A stretch of 64,000 nucleotides of DNA from an uncultured bacterium. Lineage in GTDB: Bacteria > Verrucomicrobiota > Verrucomicrobiia > Limisphaerales > UBA8199. Below the pieces are notes generated by a model. It was given only the letters and a program-made list of their open reading frames with translations, did no database searches and was not told the origin of the DNA. Positions 52,401 to 62,369 of this stretch are shown here, one piece after another. The DNA lies in the NCBI GenBank assembly GCA_963749495.1, contig CAVVMW010000012.1, forward strand, positions 512,001 through 576,000, read 5' to 3'. Numbering within the stretch: position 1 is the stretch's first letter; each line of letters begins with the position of its first letter. A program made the translations under genes and the position numbers.

Positions 52401-53177
52401 GTAATAACCAAGACCGCCGCCTCTCCGTTCAAGCTGCTGGGGGCCCTCGTGGGAGGCGGAGAGGAACTCAGCTTCGTCTCGTTCTCCCCGGGCACGACCA
52501 ACCTCGTTGAAGGCGAGGTGGACAAACTCACCAAGCTGGCCAAGGCCCTGGCCCGGCGCCCCGCGTTGAATCTTGAAATTGAAGGCGCCATCGACCCGCT
52601 GGCTGACCGCGGAGCCATGGCCAAACAGAAGCTGCGCGACCAATTCAAGACCAGGCGGCTCCAGGAACTCGCCGCTAAAGGCAGGGCCCCGCAGTCCGTC
52701 GAAACGTTCCAGCTTGCCCCGGACGATTACGACCAGCTTCTGCGCGCGGCCTTTGCCGAGCGCTTCGGCACGAATATCGCCGCCATTCTCCAGACCAACC
52801 AACTCGCGCTCGCCGTCACCAGCCAACCCGGCGGCAGGGTGGCGGCCAAACCGAAGCCTCCGCTCTACCGCCGCGCGCTGGCCCTGGTTGGCCTCGGCAA
52901 GCCTGCCCGCAAAAGCCCGGCTGAGAAGCACCTGGCCAAAGCCGATCGTCTCGCGTTGGAGCAGGCCACCCCGGAACTGATGGAAACATTAGTCGCCGGC
53001 CAAATAGAAGTGACCGCCGATGATTACCGCGCGCTGATGAATGCTCGCGCCCGCTGGGTTCAGAACTGGCTGCTGCAGAACGGCCAGGTCGCCAACGAAC
53101 GGTTGGTGTTGGTGGCTCCCAAGCCGGTCGATGCGGCTTACCGCGGCGAGAGCCAGGCGAGTCTGTCACTGGACTAA
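49413..53177 (+). CDS. DUF748-domain protein (AsmA-like repeats, OmpA-like C-terminus)
   Basis: N-terminal TM YTLLGFFALP, VKFNPL, LLKDSNGRIELDLP, SPFKLLG. Confidence 0.88.
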   Translation: MNFPGLSAFKRSRWFKRVVWAAAAFLVYTLLGFFALPPVIKWQMLKRLPAITKRQVAVRQVKFNPLALSLTIRGLALTEPDGRPFVSWDELYINFQSSSLFRWAWTFKEIRLVKPFGEAILFKDGRLNFANMFESPTNAAPPPPPHKAGIPRVNIFHLQITNGFVALEDQTRRSPFRTQYRPINLELTRFTTRPNSDAPYSFRAESDAGRSVTWAGNLTVQPLRSRGHLEVTGVKLNRYQPYLEDFTRALLTNGLADLQLDYCFEAGTNGMDLVVTNGTVHVEQVQLQDPNTGETVAGLRGFDVQQGELNWRERTARLGGVKVSEATLLARLQKNGRLNLLELLTLASPSTNAPFPATNPPASSATELPPWTLSVDDFAIQDTGVTLEDLTRRTPFRTKLKPLTVSLKRFTTKADADAAYSFHIATEAAETVEGAGMVSINPVRSAGELRVRAVDVRKYLPYAEDLFRGQITTGKLAMTVPYHFALVTNELRAEVSNLAFQLVDLGIRAPGADETVVHIAEFGLAQVDASLEERRARVGLLKASGGSLLARREQDGSLNLLGLLAPGRTNDTSGGTPAPVVAQTNGWTVSIDEIALSDYTVKFEDRSLPKPASVLLDQLTLNLKGLSTLSNPPVNAALSGRLNETAAFDVEGLARLAPQSADFTLGLTNLDLRPFQSWLDQYLRVGIVRGALGAYGHLRYQPAATVEPHVGFTGDLWLTNFLGTDEVAFKELARWEQLAVTGIDCSLEPTRVKVAEVHWVAPKTTLLIDAAHQANLALILRPAAGSATNAAPQPAQGAVSRQPGAQTVPVQAGLVRLDRAAFGFIDESIQPHVSVGIQELSGTIKGLSSALNATAEVDLAGKVGEQSPFSIAGRVNPLASNIFVDLVISNANTELTPLTPYFEKYAGHPLNKGRLTTLLRYHVEGKELKAENKIDLEHLTLGPRNKSPDATSLPVKLAVALLKDSNGRIELDLPLHGRLDDPQFSLGPVILKVLVNVITKTAASPFKLLGALVGGGEELSFVSFSPGTTNLVEGEVDKLTKLAKALARRPALNLEIEGAIDPLADRGAMAKQKLRDQFKTRRLQELAAKGRAPQSVETFQLAPDDYDQLLRAAFAERFGTNIAAILQTNQLALAVTSQPGGRVAAKPKPPLYRRALALVGLGKPARKSPAEKHLAKADRLALEQATPELMETLVAGQIEVTADDYRALMNARARWVQNWLLQNGQVANERLVLVAPKPVDAAYRGESQASLSLD

Positions 53178-53264
53178 CAGCAACAGCATATTGTCCTTTG
53201 TTTGCGGGTTTCGCTGACGCGTTGCTCAAGCTCCAGCGCCATCTCAGGCCCGTTCATTAGCCTA

Positions 53265-54278
53265 TCAGATGTATAAGTACACGTAAATGGCAAAGGCAAT
53301 CGCCACCAAGCCCGCTCCGGCAGCCAATGACCAAAGCAGATTGCGGTTCTTGGCCGCCATGGCCAAAGTGGAGATGATCACGCCCGCTTGCGCGGCCAGC
53401 ATGCCGAAAAAGAAGCGCTGGCTCCGCATGTGGTGGTGCTCCGCCGAAATATTGCTCTTGCGCACCTGCAACTCGTATAGATTCGCGATCGTCTGGTTCA
53501 GCCGTGCTTCGATCTCGTAACGCAAGGCCGCGTAGCGCAGGCGCGCCGCCGTGAAGTCCCGGACGAGGGAGGGGCCAGGCCCTCCAGCGCCGGGCTCTTG
53601 CCGGAGTGTGGTCTCCCGGCCCAGCAGATTGTCCATCTGGTCGATGGCCTGGTTTACCGGTTTCGTTGCCGCATCATAGGCCTGGGCTTGATCCCGCGCC
53701 GCTTTCAACGAGGCGTCCAGGCTGTTCAGGCTCACCTGCGCCAGCAGCCCCCTCATCTCCGTATCTGGCATCGAGGTCTCGACGCCTTCCATCGCCGCCC
53801 GGATGGGCGGGGGCAGCGTGAGCCCGGTGGGCACCGCCGGCGCCTCTCCCGTCCGCAGGAACGTCAAAGCCTGCTGCCCTCCGGGAGACTCCAGCACCCC
53901 CAGCAACCGCTTGCCGAGATCCACATTCCCGGGCTGGGACACCTGCGTCTGCAGTTGTTCGGCTGTTTGCTTCAAGGCATCGGGATCAAAGGGGCGCACT
54001 GCCGCCATGCTTTGCAGCAAATCCGCCGTGTTGCGCTGGATCGCCCCGCGCAGGCGCTTGGCCTGAAAGAAACTCCATTGGTCGCCCGCCTTGGATTGCT
54101 GTTGGGCCCCCAAGGACCGGTCATACTGCGCCCGGGTCATCTCGCTGGAGGCCAGCCCGGCCAGCATCGTTGCCACCACTGCCATCACCACAGGAGTTGC
54201 GCTGAGAGTTCTCCCCCAGATCGTGTGGGGCAGATCCGCCTTCAACCCTTCGGGTATGTTGACCTTCGTCGGTTTCAT
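53265..54278 (-). CDS. DUF4337-family membrane protein
   Basis: N-terminal TM, KAGDQWSFFQAK, two C-terminal TMs. Confidence 0.75.
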   Translation of the reverse strand: MKPTKVNIPEGLKADLPHTIWGRTLSATPVVMAVVATMLAGLASSEMTRAQYDRSLGAQQQSKAGDQWSFFQAKRLRGAIQRNTADLLQSMAAVRPFDPDALKQTAEQLQTQVSQPGNVDLGKRLLGVLESPGGQQALTFLRTGEAPAVPTGLTLPPPIRAAMEGVETSMPDTEMRGLLAQVSLNSLDASLKAARDQAQAYDAATKPVNQAIDQMDNLLGRETTLRQEPGAGGPGPSLVRDFTAARLRYAALRYEIEARLNQTIANLYELQVRKSNISAEHHHMRSQRFFFGMLAAQAGVIISTLAMAAKNRNLLWSLAAGAGLVAIAFAIYVYLYI

Positions 54279-54485
54279 GACGGTTACCGAATAATGGTTG
54301 AGTCTTGCCCACAGTCTGCGACGGCTGGGCTAGGTTCGTTGGTATTCTCCCTCCCGACCACGGAGCTGTCCAATACCTTTTTGCCACTGCGCCCATAGCC
54401 TAAAGTCATGACCCGTCTTCGACGGCCTATTGTGCGCTTGGGGTTCTTGGTTTACGCTCAGCCTCGAATGCTCAAAGAAAGCAAA

Positions 54486-57104
54486 ATGAATGTCGAGGCT
54501 GAGATTCCACCCGCGAGTCTTGGGAGCGGCGTCGGCAAGGCCGAGGGGAGACAGGGCGAGGCCGCGGGTGAGCCGCGGGCGGGTCGAATGAAGGGGTCTG
54601 TGCCGCCCGGCAGGATTTTGCCCTGGCTGGTGCTGCTGTTCTTTGGCAGTGGCTGCGCGGCGCTGATTTACGAAATCGTCTGGCTCCAGTTGCTCCAACT
54701 GGTGATCGGTTTGACGACTCTCTCTTTGGGGATCTTATTGGGCACCTTCATGGGGGGCATGTGCCTGGGCAGCGTGCTTTTGCCGCGGTTGGTTTCCCCG
54801 CGGCGCCATCCTTTGCGGGTCTATGGCCTGCTGGAATTGGGGCTGGGCATCATCGGTCTGGGGGTGCTCTTTGGCCTGCCGCTGGTGGGCCAGGTGTACG
54901 CGGCGAAGGGGGGAGGGGGGGTGGGCGGGATTCTCCTGCGTGGAGGGGTGGCGGCGGTCTGTTTGTTGCCGCCCACATTGCTGATGGGCGCGACCCTGCC
55001 GGCGATTGCGCGGTGGGTGGAAGCGACGCCGCAGGGGGTTTCCTGGCTGGGCTTCTTTTACGGGGGCAATATCGCCGGGGCCGTGTTCGGCTGCCTCCTG
55101 GCTGGATTCTATTTGTTGAGAGTGTATAACATGGCGGCGGCGACCTATGTCGCGGCGTCAATCAACGGGGCTTTGGCCTTGGTCTCTCTGGGTTTGGCCG
55201 CTTTTGCGGGCCATGTCCCGCCCGCGTGCGCACCCGCGCCAGGCCGGGTTGAGCGCCAGGGAGGTTCCTGGGCGGTCTATGTCGCGGTGGGGCTGTCCGG
55301 AGTGGCGGCCATGGGCGCGGAGGTGGTTTGGACCCGGGCATTATCGCTGATTCTCGGGGCGACTGTCTATACGTTTTCGATTATCCTGGCGGTTTTTCTG
55401 GGGGGGCTGGGAATCGGGAGCAGTGCAGGTTCATTGGCGGCGCGCTGGCTGGTTCGGCCCCGGCTGGCACTGGGAGGTTGCCAGGTGCTGCTGGTGGCAG
55501 CGACGGCCTGGGGCGCTTGCATGATCACGAGTTCGCTGCCCTATTGGCCGGTCAACCCTGGCCTGGCCGTGAGTCCCTGGTACACCTTTCAATTGGATTT
55601 GGCACGTTGTCTGTGGGCGGTGCTGCCGGCCGCGGTTTTGTGGGGGGCGAGTTTTCCACTGGCCTTGGCCGCAGTGGCGTCACGAGGAGAGGATCCCGGG
55701 CGCCTGGTGGGCCGGGTGTATGCCGCCAACACCATGGGGGCGATCCTGGGCGCCCTTTGCTTCAGCCTGGCCCTGATTCCCCTGGCAGGCACACAATGGG
55801 CGCAACGGGTGGAAGTGGGGCTGCCGGCGGCGGCGGCGCTGGCGCTGTTGGCACCGTTGCTTTGGACAGGCCGCGTGGGCGCTGCGCCTGGCGCCGCCTC
55901 GGGGCAACCCGGCTTCCGGCGGGCGCTGGCGGTCACCCTGGCGGTTTTGGCGGGCGTGGCGGCGTTGCTGGCCAGAAGCGTGCCTCCGATGCCGTGGGGA
56001 GCGGTGGCTTATGGCCGGTCCATGGCCACGTATGGACACCGCCTGGCCCCCGGGATCATTGCCGAGGAGGAGGTGCCCATGGGCAGCGGCACCCCGGACA
56101 TCTTTTGCACCTACTTGGGCGAGGGCCTGAACGGTTCGGTCGCCGTGACAAAGCTGAGCAGCGGGGTGCGGAATTTCCACTCCGCCGGCAAGGTGCAGGC
56201 CTCCAACGACCCGCGCGATATGCGCGTGCAGCGGATGCTGGGGCATATCCCCGCCCTGATCCACCCGCGCCCCGAATCGGTGCTGGTGGTGGCCTGTGGC
56301 GCCGGGGTAACCGCCGGCAGCTTTGTCGTGCATCCCGAGGTCAAGCGCATCCTCATCTGCGACATCGAGTCGTTGGTCCCGCGCTGCGTGGCCCCGCTCT
56401 TCGAGAAGGAGAACCACGGCGTGCTCAAGGATCCCCGGACCGAGGTGGTCTGCGACGACGGCCGGCATTTGCTGCGCACCACCAAAGAGAGGTTCGACAT
56501 CATCACCTCTGACCCGATCGATCCCTGGGTCAAAGGCTGCGCCGCGCTCAACACGGTGGAGTACTACGAAATGTGCAAGGCGCGGCTGAAACCGGGCGGG
56601 GTGATGGCTTTGTGGATGCCCCTCTACGAGAGCAATCCGGCCACAGCCAAAAGCGTCATCGCCACGTTTTTCAAGGCCTTCCCGCACGGGGTTCTCTGGA
56701 GCAACGACAGCCAAGGCGAGGCCTATGATGCCGTCTTGTGCGGTCAAGTGGAGCTGACGCGCATCGACCTTGACGAGTGGCAAACACGTTGGAGCCGCCC
56801 AGACCAGGCCCGTGTGAGGCAGTCGCTCCAAGAAGTTGGATTCCACTCGGTCTTCGGTTTGCTGGCCACCTATGCCGGCCAGGCGCCCGATTTGCGGGCA
56901 TGGATGAGGGACGCCCAGATCAATACGGACCAGAACCTGCGCCTGCAGTACCTGGCCGGGATGTGGCTGAACTCGTACGTGGGGTCGGAAATCCTGGATG
57001 AGATCAAGCGGCACTACCGATTTCCGGAGAACCTTTTCTACGGTTCGCAGGCCGACAAGCAAGTGTTGAGGCATTTCCTGGAAGGTGCGCCCCCGCTCAA
57101 GTAG
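54486..57104 (+). CDS. Fused membrane (MFS-like) / spermidine synthase-like methyltransferase
   Basis: SGCAALIYEIVW, LMGATLP, YAANTMGAILG, CGAGVT, DDGRH, FDIITSDP. Start uncertain. Confidence 0.88.
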   Translation: MNVEAEIPPASLGSGVGKAEGRQGEAAGEPRAGRMKGSVPPGRILPWLVLLFFGSGCAALIYEIVWLQLLQLVIGLTTLSLGILLGTFMGGMCLGSVLLPRLVSPRRHPLRVYGLLELGLGIIGLGVLFGLPLVGQVYAAKGGGGVGGILLRGGVAAVCLLPPTLLMGATLPAIARWVEATPQGVSWLGFFYGGNIAGAVFGCLLAGFYLLRVYNMAAATYVAASINGALALVSLGLAAFAGHVPPACAPAPGRVERQGGSWAVYVAVGLSGVAAMGAEVVWTRALSLILGATVYTFSIILAVFLGGLGIGSSAGSLAARWLVRPRLALGGCQVLLVAATAWGACMITSSLPYWPVNPGLAVSPWYTFQLDLARCLWAVLPAAVLWGASFPLALAAVASRGEDPGRLVGRVYAANTMGAILGALCFSLALIPLAGTQWAQRVEVGLPAAAALALLAPLLWTGRVGAAPGAASGQPGFRRALAVTLAVLAGVAALLARSVPPMPWGAVAYGRSMATYGHRLAPGIIAEEEVPMGSGTPDIFCTYLGEGLNGSVAVTKLSSGVRNFHSAGKVQASNDPRDMRVQRMLGHIPALIHPRPESVLVVACGAGVTAGSFVVHPEVKRILICDIESLVPRCVAPLFEKENHGVLKDPRTEVVCDDGRHLLRTTKERFDIITSDPIDPWVKGCAALNTVEYYEMCKARLKPGGVMALWMPLYESNPATAKSVIATFFKAFPHGVLWSNDSQGEAYDAVLCGQVELTRIDLDEWQTRWSRPDQARVRQSLQEVGFHSVFGLLATYAGQAPDLRAWMRDAQINTDQNLRLQYLAGMWLNSYVGSEILDEIKRHYRFPENLFYGSQADKQVLRHFLEGAPPLK

Positions 57105-57155
57105 GGTCGAGGGCAGGTCGAGAAGGGCGGTTCTGGCCAGCACCACCACCTCAGA

Positions 57156-57259
57156 GGAACGCCGCCTTCAGGCGGCAGAGGCGTGGAGACACGAGAGATA
57201 TTGGGATTATCGGTGTTGCAGCTAATTCCGGCGCTGCTGCCGCCTGAAGGCGGCGTTCC
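57156..57259. repeat. REP doublet with a perfect 23-bp inverted repeat
   Basis: GGAACGCCGCCTTCAGGCGGCAG (57156-78) and CTGCCGCCTGAAGGCGGCGTTCC (57237-59). Confidence 0.85.
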
Positions 57260-57362
57260 CCCGCGGCGCCGTGCGGTGGTGCTGTGAAGACGCGCCGCCT
57301 TCCTTGATGCTGCACGATAGCGCTTGCACCACAGCCGGTGTGGTGCTTTATTGTAGGTTAGC

Positions 57363-57686
57363 GTGAAGCTTGCAACCGCATCAAGCCATGGGCGCAACGG
57401 CAGCCGTCTCGCAGCCGTTGTGACGATGCTCCTGTTGTGGCTGGCAACTTGGGCTCTCAATGTCACGCCGCAGCTTCATCTTCTGCTGCACAACGACGCT
57501 CAGAGTCCCGACCACAACTGCCTAATCACTCAACTCCAGCACCACTCGGTGCTCACCGGGATTGCGCCTGTGGTCGTGCCCACCGCGACCACTGACTGGA
57601 GCGAGCCGGCAGGCTGTCCCGAATTCCAACTCTTCGGCTCCTTCGATTACCGGCTCTCCCCCAGCCGCGCCCCTCCCGCTGCCTAG
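57363..57686 (+). CDS. DUF2946-like leader protein with a C-terminal RAPP motif
   Basis: TM/signal segment, HLLLH..DHNCLIT..HH, ends SRAPPAA; upstream of a TonB-dependent receptor. Confidence 0.75.
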   Translation: MKLATASSHGRNGSRLAAVVTMLLLWLATWALNVTPQLHLLLHNDAQSPDHNCLITQLQHHSVLTGIAPVVVPTATTDWSEPAGCPEFQLFGSFDYRLSPSRAPPAA

Positions 57687-57882
57687 CTCTCTTCCTCCGC
57701 GTGAGCCCTGTGCCGTAACCCGTCCGGGCACTCTCGCGTTTTCCTGAACTGATCCGCTTGGCGCCACCCCCGTCCAGGGGCCTTTCTCCAAGCGACGGCC
57801 CAAATGAAAACCCATTGGCAGTTGAAATCGAATTGTGAGCTTGTTGCATAAGTGTGAATAAGAGTTACTATTATGAAACCAT

Positions 57883-60138
57883 ATGTTCCATTGCCCCGCC
57901 CGCCCCGCCCTGCCCAGCGGCCCCCAAGACCCGAACGACCGCGCCCACCCGGTCCTCCTCTTGCTGGCCTCGCTCGCCTGGTGCCCCGCCGCCCTCGCGC
58001 AAACCAATCAGCCCCCGGCTGCGTCAGGCACTCCGGAGCTCGGCGCCGCCACAAACGTGGTGACACTCGAACCGACAACAGTTGTGGGCAGGTTGAACAC
58101 GGCGCGCGAACAGATCCTGCCCGAACTGGGGGCGACCACTTACACCATTCCCAAGGCCCAAATCGAGGCCCAGCCGCAGGGTGAGAACGCGCCGTTCAAC
58201 CAGGTCCTGCTGCGCGCGCCGGGCGTGGCCCAGGATTCCTTGAGCCAACTCCATCTGCGCGGCGAGCACGCCAACATCCAATACCGCATCAATGACGTGC
58301 TTCTGCCGGAAGGCATCACCTTGTTCGGTTCGGAGCTCGATACACGGTTCGTGGACAGCCTGCGGCTCATCACCGGCTCGCTGCCGGCGGAGTACGGTTT
58401 CCGCACGGCAGGCATCGTGGACATCCGCACCAAGAGTGGTGCTTTCGAGCCCGGCGGCTCCGCCTCCCTCTACGGCGGCAGTTACGACACGTTCCATCCG
58501 AGCCTCGAGCTGGGCGGCTCGAAGGGAAACCTCAACTACTTCGTGGACGGCAGTTACAACCACAACAACTTCGGCCTCGAAACACCAACGCCCAGCACGA
58601 CTCCGATTCACGACACCACCGACCAGGGCAAGGCCTTCACCTATGTTTCCTACGTCCTGGACGACAGCAGCCGCATCAGCGCGATGGCCAGCGCCTCCTA
58701 CGCAAACTTCCAGATTCCGAACACGCCGGGGCTCCAGAACAACACGAACAACTTCCTTGCCCCGGGCGGCAACCCATGGCTTTCGGGAGGCGGGATACCC
58801 ACGACTTTCAATTCCGCCAACGAAAACGAAAACCAAAACGAGCAGAATTACTATGCCGTCGTCGCCTACCAGAAATCCGCCGATCCCTTTAACATGCAGC
58901 TCTCGGTCTATGGCCGTTACAGCGGGGTGCATTTCCGCCCCGACAACCTCGGCGACCTGTTTTTCAGCGGCGTGGCCAGCGACGTGTCCCGCCGCCTCTA
59001 TTCGGGCGGCGCGCAGTTCGATGCCAGTTACGAGTTGACCGACACCCACACCTTGCGCGGCGGCTTCATGCTGCTGGACGAATCGGTCTCCGCAGACACC
59101 ACCACGATGGCCTTCCCGATGAGCAGCACCGACCCCAGCTCCTTCAACCCGATTGGCCCGCCGATGGCCATCCCCAACAACAGTGTCTCGCACGCCATTT
59201 TCGCCGGGGTCTATTTGCAGGACGAATGGAAAGTCCTGCCCAAGGTCACGCTCAATTACGGCGCCCGCTTTGACGAGTTTTACTCGACGTTCGACAAGGA
59301 AAACCAGCCCAGCCCGCGCGTGAACGTGATCTACGAGCCCGCCAAAACCACGACGCTGCACGCGGGCTATGCCCGCTATTTCACGCCGCCCGCGCCGGAA
59401 AACGTGCCCTCAACGGCCATTGCGAGATTCGTTGGAACCTCCAACGAATCGCCCGACGGCCCCAACGCCCCGACCCCGGCCCGGGCCGAGCGCGCCGACT
59501 ACTTCGACGTCGGGGTTTCCCAAAAAATCACGTCTGGCCTGCAAGCGGGCGTCGATGCCTATTACAAGACGGCGGTCAACCAGTTGGACGACGGGTTCTT
59601 CAGCGCGTCGTTTATTCCGTCGAACTTCAATTACAGCGAGGGCCGCATCTATGGCGTGGAATGGACGGGGTCCTGGACCAGCGGCGGTTTTTCCACCTAC
59701 GCCAACGTGGCCTATTCGGTTGCCAAGGGCAAGGACGTGGCCTCGGGCCAGTCCCTTTTTGGGCCGGACGAGCTGGCTTACATTCATACCCACTGGATTT
59801 ACCTGGACCACGACCAGACGGTGAGCGGTTCGTTTGGCGCCTCCTATTATTGGAAGCGTCGTGGCGGCGGCACGCGCGTGTTTGCGGACGCCCTTTATGG
59901 CAGCGGGTTGCGCAGCGGCTTCGCCAATACCGGCAGCGTTCCGGCCTACTACACGCTCAACCTGGGCGCGGAGGAGATCTTCAATGTCGGGCGCAAGGAA
60001 CAGCTCAAGGCCAGGTTGGACGTGGTGAATGTCACGGACAACAGCTATGAGTTGCGCAGTGGCAGCGGTATCGGTGTGAACGCTGCCCAATGGGGCATGC
60101 GCCTGGGCTTTTTTGGCACGCTCACTTATGCGTTCTAA
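57883..60138 (+). CDS. TonB-dependent outer-membrane receptor
   Basis: Plug (LLRAPGV..LRGEHA..YRIND, LPAEYG), YLQDEW, NYGARFD, C-terminal LTYAF. Start approximate. Confidence 0.93.
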   Translation: MFHCPARPALPSGPQDPNDRAHPVLLLLASLAWCPAALAQTNQPPAASGTPELGAATNVVTLEPTTVVGRLNTAREQILPELGATTYTIPKAQIEAQPQGENAPFNQVLLRAPGVAQDSLSQLHLRGEHANIQYRINDVLLPEGITLFGSELDTRFVDSLRLITGSLPAEYGFRTAGIVDIRTKSGAFEPGGSASLYGGSYDTFHPSLELGGSKGNLNYFVDGSYNHNNFGLETPTPSTTPIHDTTDQGKAFTYVSYVLDDSSRISAMASASYANFQIPNTPGLQNNTNNFLAPGGNPWLSGGGIPTTFNSANENENQNEQNYYAVVAYQKSADPFNMQLSVYGRYSGVHFRPDNLGDLFFSGVASDVSRRLYSGGAQFDASYELTDTHTLRGGFMLLDESVSADTTTMAFPMSSTDPSSFNPIGPPMAIPNNSVSHAIFAGVYLQDEWKVLPKVTLNYGARFDEFYSTFDKENQPSPRVNVIYEPAKTTTLHAGYARYFTPPAPENVPSTAIARFVGTSNESPDGPNAPTPARAERADYFDVGVSQKITSGLQAGVDAYYKTAVNQLDDGFFSASFIPSNFNYSEGRIYGVEWTGSWTSGGFSTYANVAYSVAKGKDVASGQSLFGPDELAYIHTHWIYLDHDQTVSGSFGASYYWKRRGGGTRVFADALYGSGLRSGFANTGSVPAYYTLNLGAEEIFNVGRKEQLKARLDVVNVTDNSYELRSGSGIGVNAAQWGMRLGFFGTLTYAF

Positions 60139-60877
60139 TTCATGCGCCGCGGTGATGAGGAGCCCGGATGCGAATCGAATCGGGGGCGGTTACGAATTGG
60201 AGTCGGAACTGGCCCGCCTGTCGCTTCACGCCACGGACCGTGATCCCAACCGCAAGCTCGCCTGGGTGAATTCAGTCTGCATCCTCTTCCTCCTTGTGGG
60301 CATGGGAGGGTCCAAGCCGGATCCGGTCACGATCCGGCCCCTGCCCCCGCTGGAGGAGGTTAGCGCGGCCATTGTCGAGCCCCTCAAGCCGCCGCCGACA
60401 CCGCAGGCCCAGCCCCAGCCGCAGGAACAGGAGCAGAGCAATCCGGACACGCCCGACACACCGCAGGTCGTGGTTGTGACCCCGCCATCGCCCAGCATCA
60501 GTTTCGCCGTGCCGACTATCGGCAATCTTGTCGTCCCGGCCGCCATGGCCAAAGCGCCTCCTCTGGCGCCGCTCAAGCCGGTTGCCCCGCTGCGCAGCCA
60601 GCCCGTTGTGCTGAACACCACGGGCAGTGGCGGGGAGCGCCCGCAGCCGCCTTATCCCAAAATCGCCCTGGAGCAGGGCCAGCAGGGTTCGGTCACGCTC
60701 CGGATGCGGGTCGATGACGCCGGCCTGATCCAGGCAATCGAAATCGCGCAAACATCGGGATTTCCCGCCCTGGACCACAGCGCCCTGGAATTCGTGAAAC
60801 GGCATTGGACCGTCCCGTCAGGAAAGGGCACTCGCGTTTGCGAAGCAACGATCAATTACAGACTGCAAATAGATTAG
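60128..60877 (+). CDS. tonB: Energy transducer TonB
   Basis: TM, Pro-rich linker, PPYPKIA..GQQGSV..TSGFPALD. Confidence 0.88.
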   Translation: MRSNSCAAVMRSPDANRIGGGYELESELARLSLHATDRDPNRKLAWVNSVCILFLLVGMGGSKPDPVTIRPLPPLEEVSAAIVEPLKPPPTPQAQPQPQEQEQSNPDTPDTPQVVVVTPPSPSISFAVPTIGNLVVPAAMAKAPPLAPLKPVAPLRSQPVVLNTTGSGGERPQPPYPKIALEQGQQGSVTLRMRVDDAGLIQAIEIAQTSGFPALDHSALEFVKRHWTVPSGKGTRVCEATINYRLQID

Positions 60878-60891
60878 GTTAAGATTCGATT

Positions 60892-61524
60892 ATGGTCGCC
60901 AACATTGTCTTTCAATTCTTTCTCAAGGGCGGGCCGGTGATGTGGCCGATTCTCGTGTCTGCGCTGGCGGGGGTGGCGGTGGTGGGCGAACGCGCCTTCT
61001 GGTGGTGGCGTGAAAGCCGAAAGCGGGATGTCCGGCGCCGTGAGCAGTTGCTGGCCGCATTGGAACACTCGGATGTCGAGGAAGGCCAACGGCTCGCGCA
61101 AGGCTCCGAAGACCCGGTCATCCGCATGATACGCCACAGCCTCAAGCACGAGCACACTTCGATTCCCGTGGCGCTCCAGATGGCGGCCGGGATCGAGTTG
61201 GAGCGGGCCGGCCGTTTCCTCAACGTGATGGACACGCTGGTGACGCTCGCCCCGCTGCTCGGGCTGCTCGGCACCGTCACCGGGCTCATGCGCGCCTTTC
61301 TCAAGGTCGGCAACGCCGAACTGTCCGTCATGGCGGTCACGGGCGGCATCGGGGAGGCGCTCATCGCCACGGCGTGCGGCCTGCTCATCGCCATCATTTC
61401 GCTGGTCCCGCTCAACTTCTTCTCGGGGAAACTGGCGCGGCTGCAATTCGAGCTCGAGACCGCCGCCAGCAACGTCGAGGTGTTGGTCAACGCCGGGAAA
61501 TTGAACCGGGAGGAGGTTGAATGA
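60892..61524 (+). CDS. exbB: MotA/TolQ/ExbB proton channel
   Basis: GGPVMWP, APLLGLLGTVTG, GIGEALIATACGL. Confidence 0.92.
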   Translation: MVANIVFQFFLKGGPVMWPILVSALAGVAVVGERAFWWWRESRKRDVRRREQLLAALEHSDVEEGQRLAQGSEDPVIRMIRHSLKHEHTSIPVALQMAAGIELERAGRFLNVMDTLVTLAPLLGLLGTVTGLMRAFLKVGNAELSVMAVTGGIGEALIATACGLLIAIISLVPLNFFSGKLARLQFELETAASNVEVLVNAGKLNREEVE

Positions 61525-61946
61525 ACCTGAGTTCGCCCGTTCGGAGAAAGCATTGCAGGATCGAGATCATTCCGCTGATCGACATCATGTTCTTTCTGCT
61601 GGCCTCCTTCATGATGGTCAGCCTGAGCCTGGATCGCACCCAAAACATCAAGGTGAATCTCCCGCCCGCCACCCGGGCCGGGCACGATTTCACGCCGGAC
61701 ATGCTGAACGTGGCCGTGGACAGGGCCGGCAAGGTTTGGTTCCAGAAGAAGGAGGTTTCGTTGCCGGAGCTGGGCCTGGTGATCAGCAACCGGTTCCGCG
61801 CTGACACCAATACGCCGGTCTATATCAGCGGCGACCGCGGCACGCTCCATGGCGCCATGGCCGATGTGTATGAGGTTGTCCGCGCGGCCGGCGTTCAGAA
61901 GGTGGCCTTCGCCGTCGATGGCAACGAAGCCCAGGCCGCCAGATGA
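61521..61946 (+). CDS. exbD: Biopolymer transporter ExbD
   Basis: IEIIPLIDIMFFLL, VNLP, ISGD. Confidence 0.92.
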   Translation: MNLSSPVRRKHCRIEIIPLIDIMFFLLASFMMVSLSLDRTQNIKVNLPPATRAGHDFTPDMLNVAVDRAGKVWFQKKEVSLPELGLVISNRFRADTNTPVYISGDRGTLHGAMADVYEVVRAAGVQKVAFAVDGNEAQAAR

Positions 61947-62362
61947 AACTCCGTTCTCCCCTTCGGCGCCGGCGGACCCGGCTGGAGATCATTCCGCTGA
62001 TCGACATCATGTTTTTCCTCCTGGCCTCCTTCATGATGGTCAGCCTCCAGATGCAGAAGGTGCGCACCCTCAAAGCCAGCCTGCCCACCGCCACGCTCGC
62101 GGCCTCCACCGCCAGGCCGGACATGGTCACACTGACCGTGGATCGCAACGGACAAGTCGCGCTCGACAGCAACCCCGTTTCCTTTCCCGAGCTGCTGACG
62201 CTGCTGACCAACCGTTACAGCCTCAACACCAACCTGCCCGTCTATATCACCGGCACGCGCGACGCCACGCACGGCTCCGTGATGTACGTCCTGGACTTCG
62301 TCAAGCGCGCCGGCATCCAGCGCGTTGCCATCGCTGTGAAGGCGCTCCCAGGCCGCTCCTGA
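61943..62362 (+). CDS. exbD: Second ExbD
   Basis: LEIIPLIDIMFFLL. Confidence 0.92.
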   Translation: MKLRSPLRRRRTRLEIIPLIDIMFFLLASFMMVSLQMQKVRTLKASLPTATLAASTARPDMVTLTVDRNGQVALDSNPVSFPELLTLLTNRYSLNTNLPVYITGTRDATHGSVMYVLDFVKRAGIQRVAIAVKALPGRS

Positions 62363-62369
62363 CCCCGCT

